This document shows, piece by piece, positions 46,976-55,853 of a stretch of 64,000 nt of DNA. The notes below the pieces were generated by a model. The model had not been told where the DNA came from. It searched no databases and saw nothing but the letters and a program-made list of their open reading frames with translations. The translations under genes and the position numbers were made by a program. The stretch's first letter is position 1; each line of letters starts with the position of its first letter. The stretch comes from an uncultured Microthrixaceae bacterium (GTDB taxonomy: Bacteria; Actinomycetota; Acidimicrobiia; Acidimicrobiales; VFJN01). Where the stretch lies: NCBI GenBank assembly GCA_963750645.1, contig CAVVRO010000005.1, positions 389,477 through 453,476 on the forward strand, given 5' to 3'.

Positions 46976-48189
46976 CAGTGCTCGCGGGTGAGGAGCATGG
47001 CGCCGGCGATGGGGCCACCACCGTTCGCCACCGCCGCCACCTCCACGGTCCTGCCGGGCACCTGGCGATCGCCAGCCTCCCCCCGCAGCTGCAGCACCGC
47101 CTCGTGGACGAAGCCGAAGCCGTGGAGGCGACCCGCGGACAGCTGGCCGCCGTGGGTGTTCACCGGGAGGTCGCCGTCGAGCGCGATCCGTGCACCTCCC
47201 TCGACGAACGGACCCGACTCGCCCTTGCCGCAGAACCCGAGCGCCTCGAGCCAGGTCATCGTCAGGAAGCTGAAGCCGTCGTAGAGCTCGGCCACATCGA
47301 CATCTGCGGGCGTGAGGTCGGTGCGGGTCCAGAGATGGGCACCCGCGTCGCGCGCCGCCATGGTCGTGAGGTCGTCGAACTGGTCCCATGACGGGCGCCC
47401 CCGCAGGGCGGTGCCCATCGCCTCGACCCGGGCCACGGGGTGGTCGACGTCGGGCGCGTGCTCGGCGGCCGACACGACCACGGCCGTCGACCCGTCGACC
47501 GGAGCGTCACAGTCGAAGAGGCGGAAGGGCGTCGAGATCATGCGGGACGCGAAGTAGTCGTCGAGGGTCATGGGATCGCGGTACACCGCCTTCGGGTTGA
47601 GGCCGGCATTGTGCCGAGCGTTGATCGCGATCATCGCCATCTGCTCCGACGTGGTGCCGAACTCGTGGAAGTGGCGCTGGGCGTTCAGGGCCAGCCAGTT
47701 CGCGGCCGAGTACGAGCGGAACGGGATGTTCCACTGGAACTGCCCGCCCATCCTGGGCACCTTGCCGCCTCCGCCCATCCCGAGGCCCCCCATGCCGACG
47801 CCCTGGCGTCCGCCCGACCCCTGCTCCGTGCTCTCGGTGACGGTGCGGTACACGAGCACATGGCGAGCCAGGCCCGCGCCCACCGCCAGCACGGCGTTCT
47901 GGACGGCGGCCAGCTGGGCGGCACCCTCGATGCCCCCGGAGTGCCAGCTGAGGTTCAACCGCAGGGCCTCGTGCACCTCAGGGGAACCCGGGCCCGCGAA
48001 GCCCGCCCCTCCGAGGCCGGCCCCCGGGTAGGTGGCCAGGCCATCGATGTCCGCCAACGTGAGCCCCGCGTCGGCGACCGCCGCCAGCGAGGCGTCGATG
48101 GTGAGGTCGAGGCCCGTGCGGCCCAGCCGGCGGCCCACATCGGACTGGCCGATGCCGGAGATGATCGACTTGCGCTCGAAGTCCGTCAC
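46975..48189 (-). CDS. thiolase-like / SCP-x-type lipid-transfer protein lacking the N-terminal nucleophilic Cys
   Basis: 404 aa, GTG start. The first Cys appears only at about residue 245 (RLFDCDAPVDGS). C-terminal ...NTHGGQLS...GGG... Paired with DUF35. Confidence 0.8.
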   Translation of the reverse strand: MTDFERKSIISGIGQSDVGRRLGRTGLDLTIDASLAAVADAGLTLADIDGLATYPGAGLGGAGFAGPGSPEVHEALRLNLSWHSGGIEGAAQLAAVQNAVLAVGAGLARHVLVYRTVTESTEQGSGGRQGVGMGGLGMGGGGKVPRMGGQFQWNIPFRSYSAANWLALNAQRHFHEFGTTSEQMAMIAINARHNAGLNPKAVYRDPMTLDDYFASRMISTPFRLFDCDAPVDGSTAVVVSAAEHAPDVDHPVARVEAMGTALRGRPSWDQFDDLTTMAARDAGAHLWTRTDLTPADVDVAELYDGFSFLTMTWLEALGFCGKGESGPFVEGGARIALDGDLPVNTHGGQLSAGRLHGFGFVHEAVLQLRGEAGDRQVPGRTVEVAAVANGGGPIAGAMLLTREH

Positions 48190-48593
48190 GGCGCCGGCTC
48201 GAAGATCGGGACCCAGACGTCGTCACGCGGCTCGAAGGTGACCTGCACCGACATCCCGATGTGCACGTCCTCAGGAGGACAGCCGACCACGTTGCTGGTC
48301 AGGCGCAGGTCGGCCTGTTCGGACAAGGCGACGATCGCGATGGCGTAGGGCTCCGTGCCACCGTCCCACGGGTGGTGGTTCACGGTGACGGAGTACACCT
48401 CGCCGCGCCCGCTCACCGCCTCGGGGGCGACGTCCCGGCTGCCGCACCCGGGGCAGCGAGGGATCGGGGGGTGGAGGTAGTAGCCGCATGACTGGCAGCG
48501 CAGGAACCGGAGCCGACCATCCTCGCCGGAGGTCCAGAAGAACCGGTTCTCGTCGTCCAGCAGGGGCAGGACGCGAAAGGGAGCGTCGCCCAC
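48186..48593 (-). CDS. DUF35 OB-fold / zinc-ribbon protein
   Basis: 135 aa with CQSCGYYLHPPIPRCPGCGS followed by an OB-fold segment. GTGA overlap with the thiolase-like gene. Confidence 0.85.
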   Translation of the reverse strand: MGDAPFRVLPLLDDENRFFWTSGEDGRLRFLRCQSCGYYLHPPIPRCPGCGSRDVAPEAVSGRGEVYSVTVNHHPWDGGTEPYAIAIVALSEQADLRLTSNVVGCPPEDVHIGMSVQVTFEPRDDVWVPIFEPAP

Positions 48594-48700
48594 CTACTTC
48601 CGACCCATGTGCTCGGCCGAGGTCTCGACGCCAGTGGCCTGCATTCCGTTCCCCCTGCTCTGCGGTGGCGGCCGCGATGTGACGGCGGCGTTAGATTAGC

Positions 48701-49972
48701 GTGCCGCCCATGGACGCCAGCATCGTGCGGAGGCCGCCGTTCGGCAGCAACCCGCAGGTGGGCGAGCGGGGCACGGACACACAGCGGCGCATCCTCGACG
48801 CCGCCTTGGACGTGTTCGGTGAGACCGGCTTCGCCGAGGCCCGCGTCGAGCTCATCACGGCGAAGGCCGGCTGCTCGCGCCCTGCGTTCTACCAGTACTT
48901 CTCGTCGAAGGACGACGTGTTCTGGGCCCTCGCCGGGCAGCTCGGCACCGAGATGGTGACGCTGGCCGAGCGGCTCGAGCGCGTCACGCCCGACGCAGAG
49001 GGGCTCGCCCACCTCACCCACTGGATCGGCGAGTTCATGGAGCTGCACGAGGCCTGGGCCCCGGTGTTCGCCTCCTTCCAGGCCGCCAGCCGTGACCACG
49101 AGCCTCAGGCCCTGGCATCCAGCGCGGTGAGCAACCGCACCGGCCTCGCCCTCCTGCGTGCCTTCGGGGCCAAGGACGACCCCGCCAGCGGCCGGCTCAT
49201 GACCAGCCTGGTCGCGGTGCTGATCCGTTGCAGCTTCTACGCCGAGCAGACACCAGGGGACATGAGCACCCAGCCGCTGGTCGACGGCCTGTCCCAGCTC
49301 CTGCACCGCATCTTCCACGGTCCCATCGAGGGCGTGAACGTGAACCGGTCCGCCCCCGGCCGTCGGCGTCGCGTCGCCATCCCGGCGCCGGCGCCCTCGG
49401 ATGGCGCACGATCGCTCCGCGCTCGGGGTGAGCAGACGCGGCTGCGGCTCCTCGAGGCCGGCGCGTCGGTGCTCCCGGCACGCGGCTACCACGACGCCCG
49501 CGTCGACGACATCGTCGTCGCGGCGGGGGTGAGCCACGGCACCTTCTACCGATACTTCGTCAACAAGGACGACTTCTTCCGCGTGATGGCCGAGGCGGCC
49601 TCGGCGCGGATGATCGATGTGATCGACCGTCTGCGCATCGATGCCGAGGTCCACGAGCTGCGGGCGTGGTTGCGCGAGTGGTTCCGCACCTACGAAGCGG
49701 ACGGCGGCGTGATCAGCACCTGGCAGGAGATGCAGACCAACGACGGGCTGGCCGCCTTCTCCCAACAGGTGGCGGCATCCGTGTTCACGCGGCTCGTGCG
49801 CATCCTCGAGGCGCGCGACTTCGGCAACCCGGACGTCGACGCCACCACCCTCCTCGCGCTCATCGAGCGTGTGCCGTACAGCGTGTACACGCTCAAGTTC
49901 ACGTCCGAGACCGACGCCATCGACTCGATGGTCACCACGATCCGCCGGGGCTTCCTCGCCCTGGCTGCGTGA
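48701..49972 (+). CDS. double-domain TetR family regulator (two TetR modules in one chain)
   Basis: Two HTH segments: ARVELITAKAGCSRPAFYQYFSSKDDVF and ARVDDIVVAAGVSHGTFYRYFVNKDDFF. The start is GTG 48701 or ATG 48710. Confidence 0.85.
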   Translation: MPPMDASIVRRPPFGSNPQVGERGTDTQRRILDAALDVFGETGFAEARVELITAKAGCSRPAFYQYFSSKDDVFWALAGQLGTEMVTLAERLERVTPDAEGLAHLTHWIGEFMELHEAWAPVFASFQAASRDHEPQALASSAVSNRTGLALLRAFGAKDDPASGRLMTSLVAVLIRCSFYAEQTPGDMSTQPLVDGLSQLLHRIFHGPIEGVNVNRSAPGRRRRVAIPAPAPSDGARSLRARGEQTRLRLLEAGASVLPARGYHDARVDDIVVAAGVSHGTFYRYFVNKDDFFRVMAEAASARMIDVIDRLRIDAEVHELRAWLREWFRTYEADGGVISTWQEMQTNDGLAAFSQQVAASVFTRLVRILEARDFGNPDVDATTLLALIERVPYSVYTLKFTSETDAIDSMVTTIRRGFLALAA

Positions 49973-49979
49973 CCGGCCG

Positions 49980-51096
49980 ATGGACTTCGAGTTCACCGAC
50001 GACCAGCTCGCGCTGCGGGAGAACGCCCGGTCCGTCCTCGCGTCTGCTTGCCCGCCATCGCTGGTGCGCGCCGTGCACGAGGGCACGGGCGACGCCGGCG
50101 AGCTGTGGTCGACCCTGGTGGACCTCGACTGGCCGGCCCTCGGCGTCCCCGACGAGCACGGCGGCCTCGGCCTCGGGTACCTCGAGGTCGGCATCGTGGT
50201 GGAGGAGCTCGGCCGAGCCACCGCGCCGTCGCCCTTCCTGGCCACGGCGACGCAGCTGGCCCCCGTCCTGCGAGAGGCCGGGACAGCGTTCCTGCTCGAT
50301 GCGGTCGCGGCGGGCACGTGCACCGGCACGCTGGCCGTCGCCGAGGACGGTGTGTGGCGACCGGCGACGGTGGGGACGACGGCGCGCCCGTCGGCCGGCG
50401 GCTGGACGCTCGACGGCGTGAAGTCGCACGTGCTCGACGGCGCGACGGCCTCCGAGGTGGCCGTGGTCGCCCGCGGTGAGTCCGGGCTGGGCGTGTTCGT
50501 CGTGCCGGGCTCGTCGGCGGCGGCCGCGCCGACCGCGGTGATCGACCCGACCCTGCCGATCGCCACCATGACGCTGTCCGGCGTCGAGGTCCGCGACGAG
50601 CGAGTGCTCGTCGAGCCGGGGGACCCGGCCGCCGGTCGGGTGATCGAGCGGGCGCTCGAGGAGGCCACCACGGCACTGGCGCTGTCGACGGTGGCCACCT
50701 GTCGGGCGATCTTCGAGCTGACGCTGCAGTACACCAAGGACCGGGAGCAGTTCGGCAGGCCGATCGGCTCCTTCCAGGCCTTGAAGCACCGGCTGGCTGA
50801 CTGCTACCTCGCCGTGGAGCGAGCCACGTCCCTCGCGCTACTTCGCCGCGCTCACGATCGCCGAGGACGACGATCGCCGGGCCGTCGCGACCGCCATGGC
50901 CAAGGCGGCCGCCGGCGAGTGCCAGCGCCTCCTCACCCGCGACGGCCTCCAGCTCCACGGCGGCATCGGGTACACGTGGGAGCACGACCTCCACTTCCTT
51001 CTGAAGCGGGCCAAGGCCGGCGACCTCCTGTTCGGCACCGCCGCCACCCACCGGGCCCACCTCGCTCGGCTGCTCGGGCTGGAGGCCACCCCATGA
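49980..51096 (+). pseudogene. acyl-CoA dehydrogenase (first member of a fadE pair), one frame break near 50.84 kb
   Basis: MDFEFTDDQLALRENARSVL...FGRPIGSFQALKHRLADCYLAVERATSLA continues in the next frame as YFAALTIAEDDDRRAVATAMAKAAAGECQRLLTRDGLQLHGGIGYTWEHDLHF. The span is 3n+1. Confidence 0.85.
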
Positions 51097-52301
51097 GGCT
51101 CCGCTACGACGGCGCGGTCGAGTCCTTCCGGGCCGAGCTGATCGAGTGGCTGGCCGCCCACCGCCCGACCCCCGAGGAGATGGCGGCGGAGCCCTCCGTC
51201 TCCACCGGTCACGCGCCCGCCTGGGCCCGCCGCTGGACGCGCACGCTGTTCGACGCCGGCTGGCTCGTGCCGGGCTGGCCACCCGAGCGGGGCGGCCGCA
51301 ACGCCGGTCCCATCGAGACGCTCGTCTACATCGAGGAGCTGGCCAGGGCCCGGATCCCCCGCACCACCAACGTGCAGGGCCTCGGCATCGTCGCCCCGTC
51401 GATCCTGGACTACGGCACCGAGGACCAGGTCCGCGACTACGCCATGCCGATCCTGCGGGGGGAGGCCACCGCGTGCCTCGGGATGAGCGAGCCCGGCGCG
51501 GGCAGCGACCTGGCCGCCCTCTCGACGAGGGCGGAGCTCGACGGGGACCACTGGGTGGTCAACGGGCAGAAGGTGTGGACCTCCGGCGCCAGCTACGCCG
51601 ACTTCTGCTTCCTCTTCTGCCGCACCGATCCCGAGGCCCCGAAGCACAAGGGCATCTCGATCCTGCTCGTGCCGATGGACACCCCTGGCATCACCGTGCG
51701 ACCACTGCCCGAGATCGTGCACCCGGAGCGCCCCGACCTCAACGAGGTGTTCCTCAGCGACGTCAGCGTGCCGGCCGCGAACCTGGTCGGCGAGCTGAAC
51801 GACGGGTGGGCGATGGCGAACGGCTCACTCGCCCACGAGCGGGGCATGGTGTGGGTGAGCGCGGTGATGGGCCTGGAGGAGTCGCTCGACCGGCTGCTCC
51901 AGGAAGCGCCTGCGCTCCTCCGCCGACTCACCGCCACGGAGCGAGCCCTGGCGGTCGACCAGATCGTGCAGGTGGCCATCGACACGCAGGCCGCCCGCTG
52001 CCTCGGCTACCGGGGCTTCGCCAAGCTCGCCCGAGGCGGCACGGCCCCCGAGCAGGCGCTGATGAAGCTGTACGCCAGCGAGGCCCGGCAGCGCGTGGCG
52101 CTGGTGGCCGCGGAGATCCAGGGCGCCGACGCCCTCGAGGTCGGCTCGGTGACCATGGACGGGCACCTGGCGGTCGACGAACCGCAGGGCACCTGGTTGG
52201 AGCAGTACTTCCAGTCGTTCGCCAACACGATCTCCGCCGGCGCGTCCGAGATCCAGCGCAACATCATCGCCGAGCGCGTGCTGGGCCTCCCCCGTGGTTG
52301 A
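51093..52301 (+). CDS. acyl-CoA dehydrogenase (second member of the fadE pair)
   Basis: ATGA overlap with the first member. 402 aa with GMSEPGAGSDL, NGQKVWTSGA, ISAGASEIQRNIIAE. Confidence 0.9.
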   Translation: MRLRYDGAVESFRAELIEWLAAHRPTPEEMAAEPSVSTGHAPAWARRWTRTLFDAGWLVPGWPPERGGRNAGPIETLVYIEELARARIPRTTNVQGLGIVAPSILDYGTEDQVRDYAMPILRGEATACLGMSEPGAGSDLAALSTRAELDGDHWVVNGQKVWTSGASYADFCFLFCRTDPEAPKHKGISILLVPMDTPGITVRPLPEIVHPERPDLNEVFLSDVSVPAANLVGELNDGWAMANGSLAHERGMVWVSAVMGLEESLDRLLQEAPALLRRLTATERALAVDQIVQVAIDTQAARCLGYRGFAKLARGGTAPEQALMKLYASEARQRVALVAAEIQGADALEVGSVTMDGHLAVDEPQGTWLEQYFQSFANTISAGASEIQRNIIAERVLGLPRG

Positions 52302-52334
52302 GCTCGGGTCCTTGCGGTACCGGAGGACGGACCC

Positions 52335-53255
52335 GTGAGGTTCGCCGTCACCCATCCGCTGGTCACGCACCCGTACCATCCCCAGCTCGTCACGGGCGCT
52401 GGCATCACGAGGGTGGCGACCGCGGCCGAGGCAGCCGGCTTCCACGGCTTCGGGTTCACCGACCACCCGGCACCCTCGCAGCGATGGCTCGACGGAGGCG
52501 GCCACGACGCCCTCGATCCGTTCGTCGCGCTCGGCTACGCGGCTGCCCACACCACGACGCTCCGGCTGATCCCCAACATCGTCGTGCTCCCCTACCGCAA
52601 CCCCTTCATCGTGGCGAAGGCGGCGGCCACGCTCGACGTGCTCTCCGGTGGGCGCTTCACCCTCGCCGTCGGTGCGGGCTACCTCAGGTCCGAGTTCGCC
52701 GCTGTCGGGGTCGATCACGCCGAGCGCAACGAGCTCCTCGACGAAGCCCTCGACGTGCTCAAGGCCATCTGGACCGGCGACGACGTGAGCGTCGAGGGCC
52801 GACACTTCAGTGCCCGCGGCGTCACGTCGCATCCCCGGCCGGTCAGCGAACCGCACCCGCCGATCTGGATCGGTGGCAACAGCAAGCGAGCGCGCCAGCG
52901 CGTCGCAGACCGCGGCGACGGCTGGTGCCCGTTCCCGGCGCCGGCGTCGCTGGCCAAGACCGCCCACACCGTCGCCCTCCACACCACCCAGGAGCTGTCA
53001 GCGGCGATCGACGACCTGCACACCCGCCTCGACGTCGCCGGGCGCGACCCATCAGCGGTCGACATCACCTTCTCCACCCCAGCAGGCGGTGACCCGGCGT
53101 CTGACGCCTTCGATCCCGACGCCCACCTGGAAGGCCTGGCCGCGCTCGCCGCCGTCGGCGTGACGTGGGTCCAGGTCGGCCTCCCGGGCGACTCCGTGGA
53201 GCACGCCGTCGACACCCTTCAGCGCTACGGCGAACAGGTCATCCGACGTCTGTGA
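52335..53255 (+). CDS. LLM-class (luciferase-like) F420-dependent oxidoreductase
   Basis: 306 aa, GTG start, with FGFTDHP...LPYRNPFIVAKAAATLDVLSGGRFTLAVGAGY...PIWIGGNS. Confidence 0.85.
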   Translation: MRFAVTHPLVTHPYHPQLVTGAGITRVATAAEAAGFHGFGFTDHPAPSQRWLDGGGHDALDPFVALGYAAAHTTTLRLIPNIVVLPYRNPFIVAKAAATLDVLSGGRFTLAVGAGYLRSEFAAVGVDHAERNELLDEALDVLKAIWTGDDVSVEGRHFSARGVTSHPRPVSEPHPPIWIGGNSKRARQRVADRGDGWCPFPAPASLAKTAHTVALHTTQELSAAIDDLHTRLDVAGRDPSAVDITFSTPAGGDPASDAFDPDAHLEGLAALAAVGVTWVQVGLPGDSVEHAVDTLQRYGEQVIRRL

Positions 53256-53257
53256 AG

Positions 53258-53284
53258 GATCTCGTCCGCATGCCGGACGAGATC
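53258..53284. terminator. perfect 11-bp stem / 5-nt loop hairpin between convergent genes (bidirectional terminator candidate)
   Basis: 'gatctcgtccg-catgc-cggacgagatc', 3 nt after the LLM stop and 15 nt from the cupin gene stop. Confidence 0.5.
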
Positions 53285-53298
53285 GTCCGCAGACCTGG

Positions 53299-53853
53299 TC
53301 AGGTGCCCTCGGCGAACCACCGCTCATTGGCCTCTTCGAAGAGCCGGCCCGTGGCCTCGAGGTCGCGGGGCCGTTCCTCGAAGGTCTCTGCGTCCCACTC
53401 CGAGCGCTCGACCCTGAAGAAGTCGCCACCGTAGACGTGCAGCGCGACCGCGAGCTCGCGGCGCGAGTTCGCGACCGAGTGGATCGCGTCGTCGCCGAGG
53501 ACGAGCACGTGACCCGCAGGGAGCTCACGGCCCCCGGCCGGCTCCAACCCAACCGGGCCGCGCCGGTAGAAGGCGTTGTCCTCCTGCCCGCCGTACATGC
53601 CGATGACCGCCCACATCCGGTGATCGTGCGGGTTGAGGGACATCCCCGGGGCCCATGCCACCCGAAGGATCGTGAGGTCCTCGGCGTTGTGCAGCGGGGT
53701 GATGCCACCGCGATCGACCGGTCCCACGGCCCCGTCGATGGCGGAGGGATCGGCGATGAGCTCCTGGAGCACGTCGCGGACGGCCAGCGCTGGCGTGGGC
53801 TCGGCCAGCGCGTCCTGACACCGGCTGATGACGTCCTCGAGGCCGAGCGCCAT
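53299..53853 (-). CDS. cupin-fold metalloprotein (cysteine-dioxygenase-like)
   Basis: ATG 53853. 184 aa with ...WAPGMSLNPHDHRMWAVIGMYGGQEDN...AIHSV... TATCGT box 6 nt upstream. Confidence 0.6.
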   Translation of the reverse strand: MALGLEDVISRCQDALAEPTPALAVRDVLQELIADPSAIDGAVGPVDRGGITPLHNAEDLTILRVAWAPGMSLNPHDHRMWAVIGMYGGQEDNAFYRRGPVGLEPAGGRELPAGHVLVLGDDAIHSVANSRRELAVALHVYGGDFFRVERSEWDAETFEERPRDLEATGRLFEEANERWFAEGT

Positions 53854-53931
53854 GGCAGCACGATACCCCCGATCAGGATCCGGCGACCGCGGCACGCAAC
53901 GCCGCGTCCGGCGGTCTTGTACGGTCGCCGA

Positions 53932-54741
53932 ATGGTGCTCGATCGCCGCGCAGCATCCCTCGAGGGCAGGGTGGCGGTGGTCACCGGCGGTGGCTCGGGG
54001 ATCGGCCGCGGGATCGCCAACGGGCTCGCGGCGTTCGGGGCTCGGGTGGCGATCTGGGAGCAGCACGACGACACCTGCGCGGCGGCTGCCGAGGAGGTCG
54101 GAGGCCTGGGGATCGCCACCGACGTTCGCGACGCCGAGCAGGTCGACGCCGCCCTCCTCCGCACGCTGGACGGACTGGGTCCGGTGACGATCCTCGTGAA
54201 CAACGCCGGTGGCGTGTTCTCGTCTCCCCTGCTCGAGACGAGCCAGAACGGCTGGGACGCGCTGCTGCGCTCGAACCTGGGCCATGTGCTGCTCTGCACT
54301 CAGCGCGTGGCCAGGACGATGGTCGAGCAGGGCCAAGGCGGGAGCATCATCAACGTCACGTCGATCGAGGGCACCCGCGCCGCGCCGGGCTACGCCGCCT
54401 ACGCCGCGGCCAAGGCCGGCGTGCTCAACTTCACCAAGACCGCGGCTCTCGAGCTCGCCCCCCATGGCATCCGTGTGAACGCTCTGGTGCCGGACGTCAC
54501 CCTGACGGAGGGCCTGGCGGCCCTCATGCCGGAGGCCACCCTCGACCACGCCTCCGCCATGGTGCCGATGGGCCGGGTCGGCCACGTCGACGAGATGGCG
54601 GGCGTCACCGTGTTCCTCGCCTCCGCGCTGTCCAGCTACGTCACCGGCCAGGCGGTCCACGTCGATGGCGGCACCTCAGCGGCCGCTGGCTGGTATCCGC
54701 ACCCGGACACCGGCGCGTACGTCCTCGGACCGTCGGGCTAG
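53932..54741 (+). CDS. SDR family oxidoreductase
   Basis: ATG 53932. VTGGGSGIGRGIA, NNAG, YAAAKAG. TACGGT box 6 nt upstream. Confidence 0.9.
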   Translation: MVLDRRAASLEGRVAVVTGGGSGIGRGIANGLAAFGARVAIWEQHDDTCAAAAEEVGGLGIATDVRDAEQVDAALLRTLDGLGPVTILVNNAGGVFSSPLLETSQNGWDALLRSNLGHVLLCTQRVARTMVEQGQGGSIINVTSIEGTRAAPGYAAYAAAKAGVLNFTKTAALELAPHGIRVNALVPDVTLTEGLAALMPEATLDHASAMVPMGRVGHVDEMAGVTVFLASALSSYVTGQAVHVDGGTSAAAGWYPHPDTGAYVLGPSG

Positions 54742-54773
54742 GCGATCACCGGAGAACGGTAGGGTCGCCGCGG

Positions 54774-55202
54774 ATGAGCGCCTTCAACCACGTGGGCCAC
54801 TGCGTGACGGATCTCGAGCGCTCGCGGCGCTTCTACGAGGAAGTCCTCGGGTTCACACACCAGCGCGACCTGCCAGTGCCCGACGGCCCGGCATCGAAGC
54901 TGCTGCGCGTTCCCGAGCCCGTCGGGATGACCGCCGTCTACCTCGAGCGCGACGGCTTCGTGCTCGAGCTGCTGCACTTCGACCGCGCTGGGAACGCACC
55001 GCGGCGCGAGCGGACCTTCACGGAACCCGGCCTCACGCACCTGTCGTTCTCGGTCGACGACGTCCCTGCCACCTGCGCCCGGGTGGCCGACCTCGGCGGC
55101 AAGGTCCTCACCGACACGGACATGGGCGGTCTCGCCGTGATGATCCGCGATCCGGACGGCCAGCTCGTCGAGCTCCTCCCGATGAGCTACCGCACGGCCT
55201 GA
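54774..55202 (+). CDS. VOC/glyoxalase family protein
   Basis: 142 aa with FNHVGHCVTDLERSRRFYEEVLGF...GLTHLSF...DPDGQLVEL. TAGGGT box 8 nt upstream. Confidence 0.85.
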   Translation: MSAFNHVGHCVTDLERSRRFYEEVLGFTHQRDLPVPDGPASKLLRVPEPVGMTAVYLERDGFVLELLHFDRAGNAPRRERTFTEPGLTHLSFSVDDVPATCARVADLGGKVLTDTDMGGLAVMIRDPDGQLVELLPMSYRTA

Positions 55203-55238
55203 GCCGTTGCGCAGCGCACGCCACGTACTGTCCAACAC

Positions 55239-55853
55239 GTGACCGTCATCGAGGTGTTCGCCGAGCTCGGCTGTCCGTTCACCCACGTGGGCCTGCGGCG
55301 TCTGGTCGAGCGACGGACGACGGACGGGCGTGACGACCTCGTGCTACGTGTGCGGGCGTGGCCCCTCGAGCTCGTCAACGGCGCCCCGCTCGATCCCACC
55401 CTCATCGACGAGGAGGTGGCGGAGCTGCGGGAGCAGGTCGCGCCCGACCTCTTCGCGGGATTCGACCCAGTCCGGTTCCCGGCCACGTCACTCCCGGCGC
55501 TCGACCTCGCGGCTGCCGCCTACGAGACGGGTCTGGCCGCGGGTGAGCGAGCGAGCCTCCTGGTGCGCGACGCGCTCTTCGAGCAGGGGCGTGACCTCGA
55601 CGACCTCGCCGTCCTCGTGGAGATCGCGGCCGCGGTCGGGATCCCGATGCCCGGCGAGGAGGCGCGGGCGCGAGTGCTGGCCGACTGGCATGAGGGGCAG
55701 GCGCGTGGCGTGATCGGGTCTCCCCACTTCTTCGTCGGACCGGACAGCTGGTTCTGCCCGTCGCTCGACATCACGCGCGTCGACGGACACCTCGTCATCC
55801 GATCTGACCCGAACGCCTTCGAGGCCTTCATCGACCACTGCCTCGCCGTTTGA
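55239..55853 (+). CDS. DsbA-like thioredoxin-fold protein
   Basis: 204 aa, GTG start, with FAELGCPFTHVG and ...GVIGSPHFFV... TACTGT box 7 nt upstream. Confidence 0.75.
   Translation: MTVIEVFAELGCPFTHVGLRRLVERRTTDGRDDLVLRVRAWPLELVNGAPLDPTLIDEEVAELREQVAPDLFAGFDPVRFPATSLPALDLAAAAYETGLAAGERASLLVRDALFEQGRDLDDLAVLVEIAAAVGIPMPGEEARARVLADWHEGQARGVIGSPHFFVGPDSWFCPSLDITRVDGHLVIRSDPNAFEAFIDHCLAV

Noticed and set aside
48413-50737. 774-aa minus-strand ORF. Similar long shadow ORFs: 35656-37842 (-), 19529-21718 (+), 7285-9315 (+), 20776-22671 (+), 51146-53092 (+), 61588-63219 (+), 59614-61236 (-), 31603-33417 (-)
   Set aside because: All lie opposite or out of frame to genes with clear homology signatures, and all are Arg/Pro/Gly-rich. 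They are treated as artefacts of GC-rich sequence lacking stop codons.
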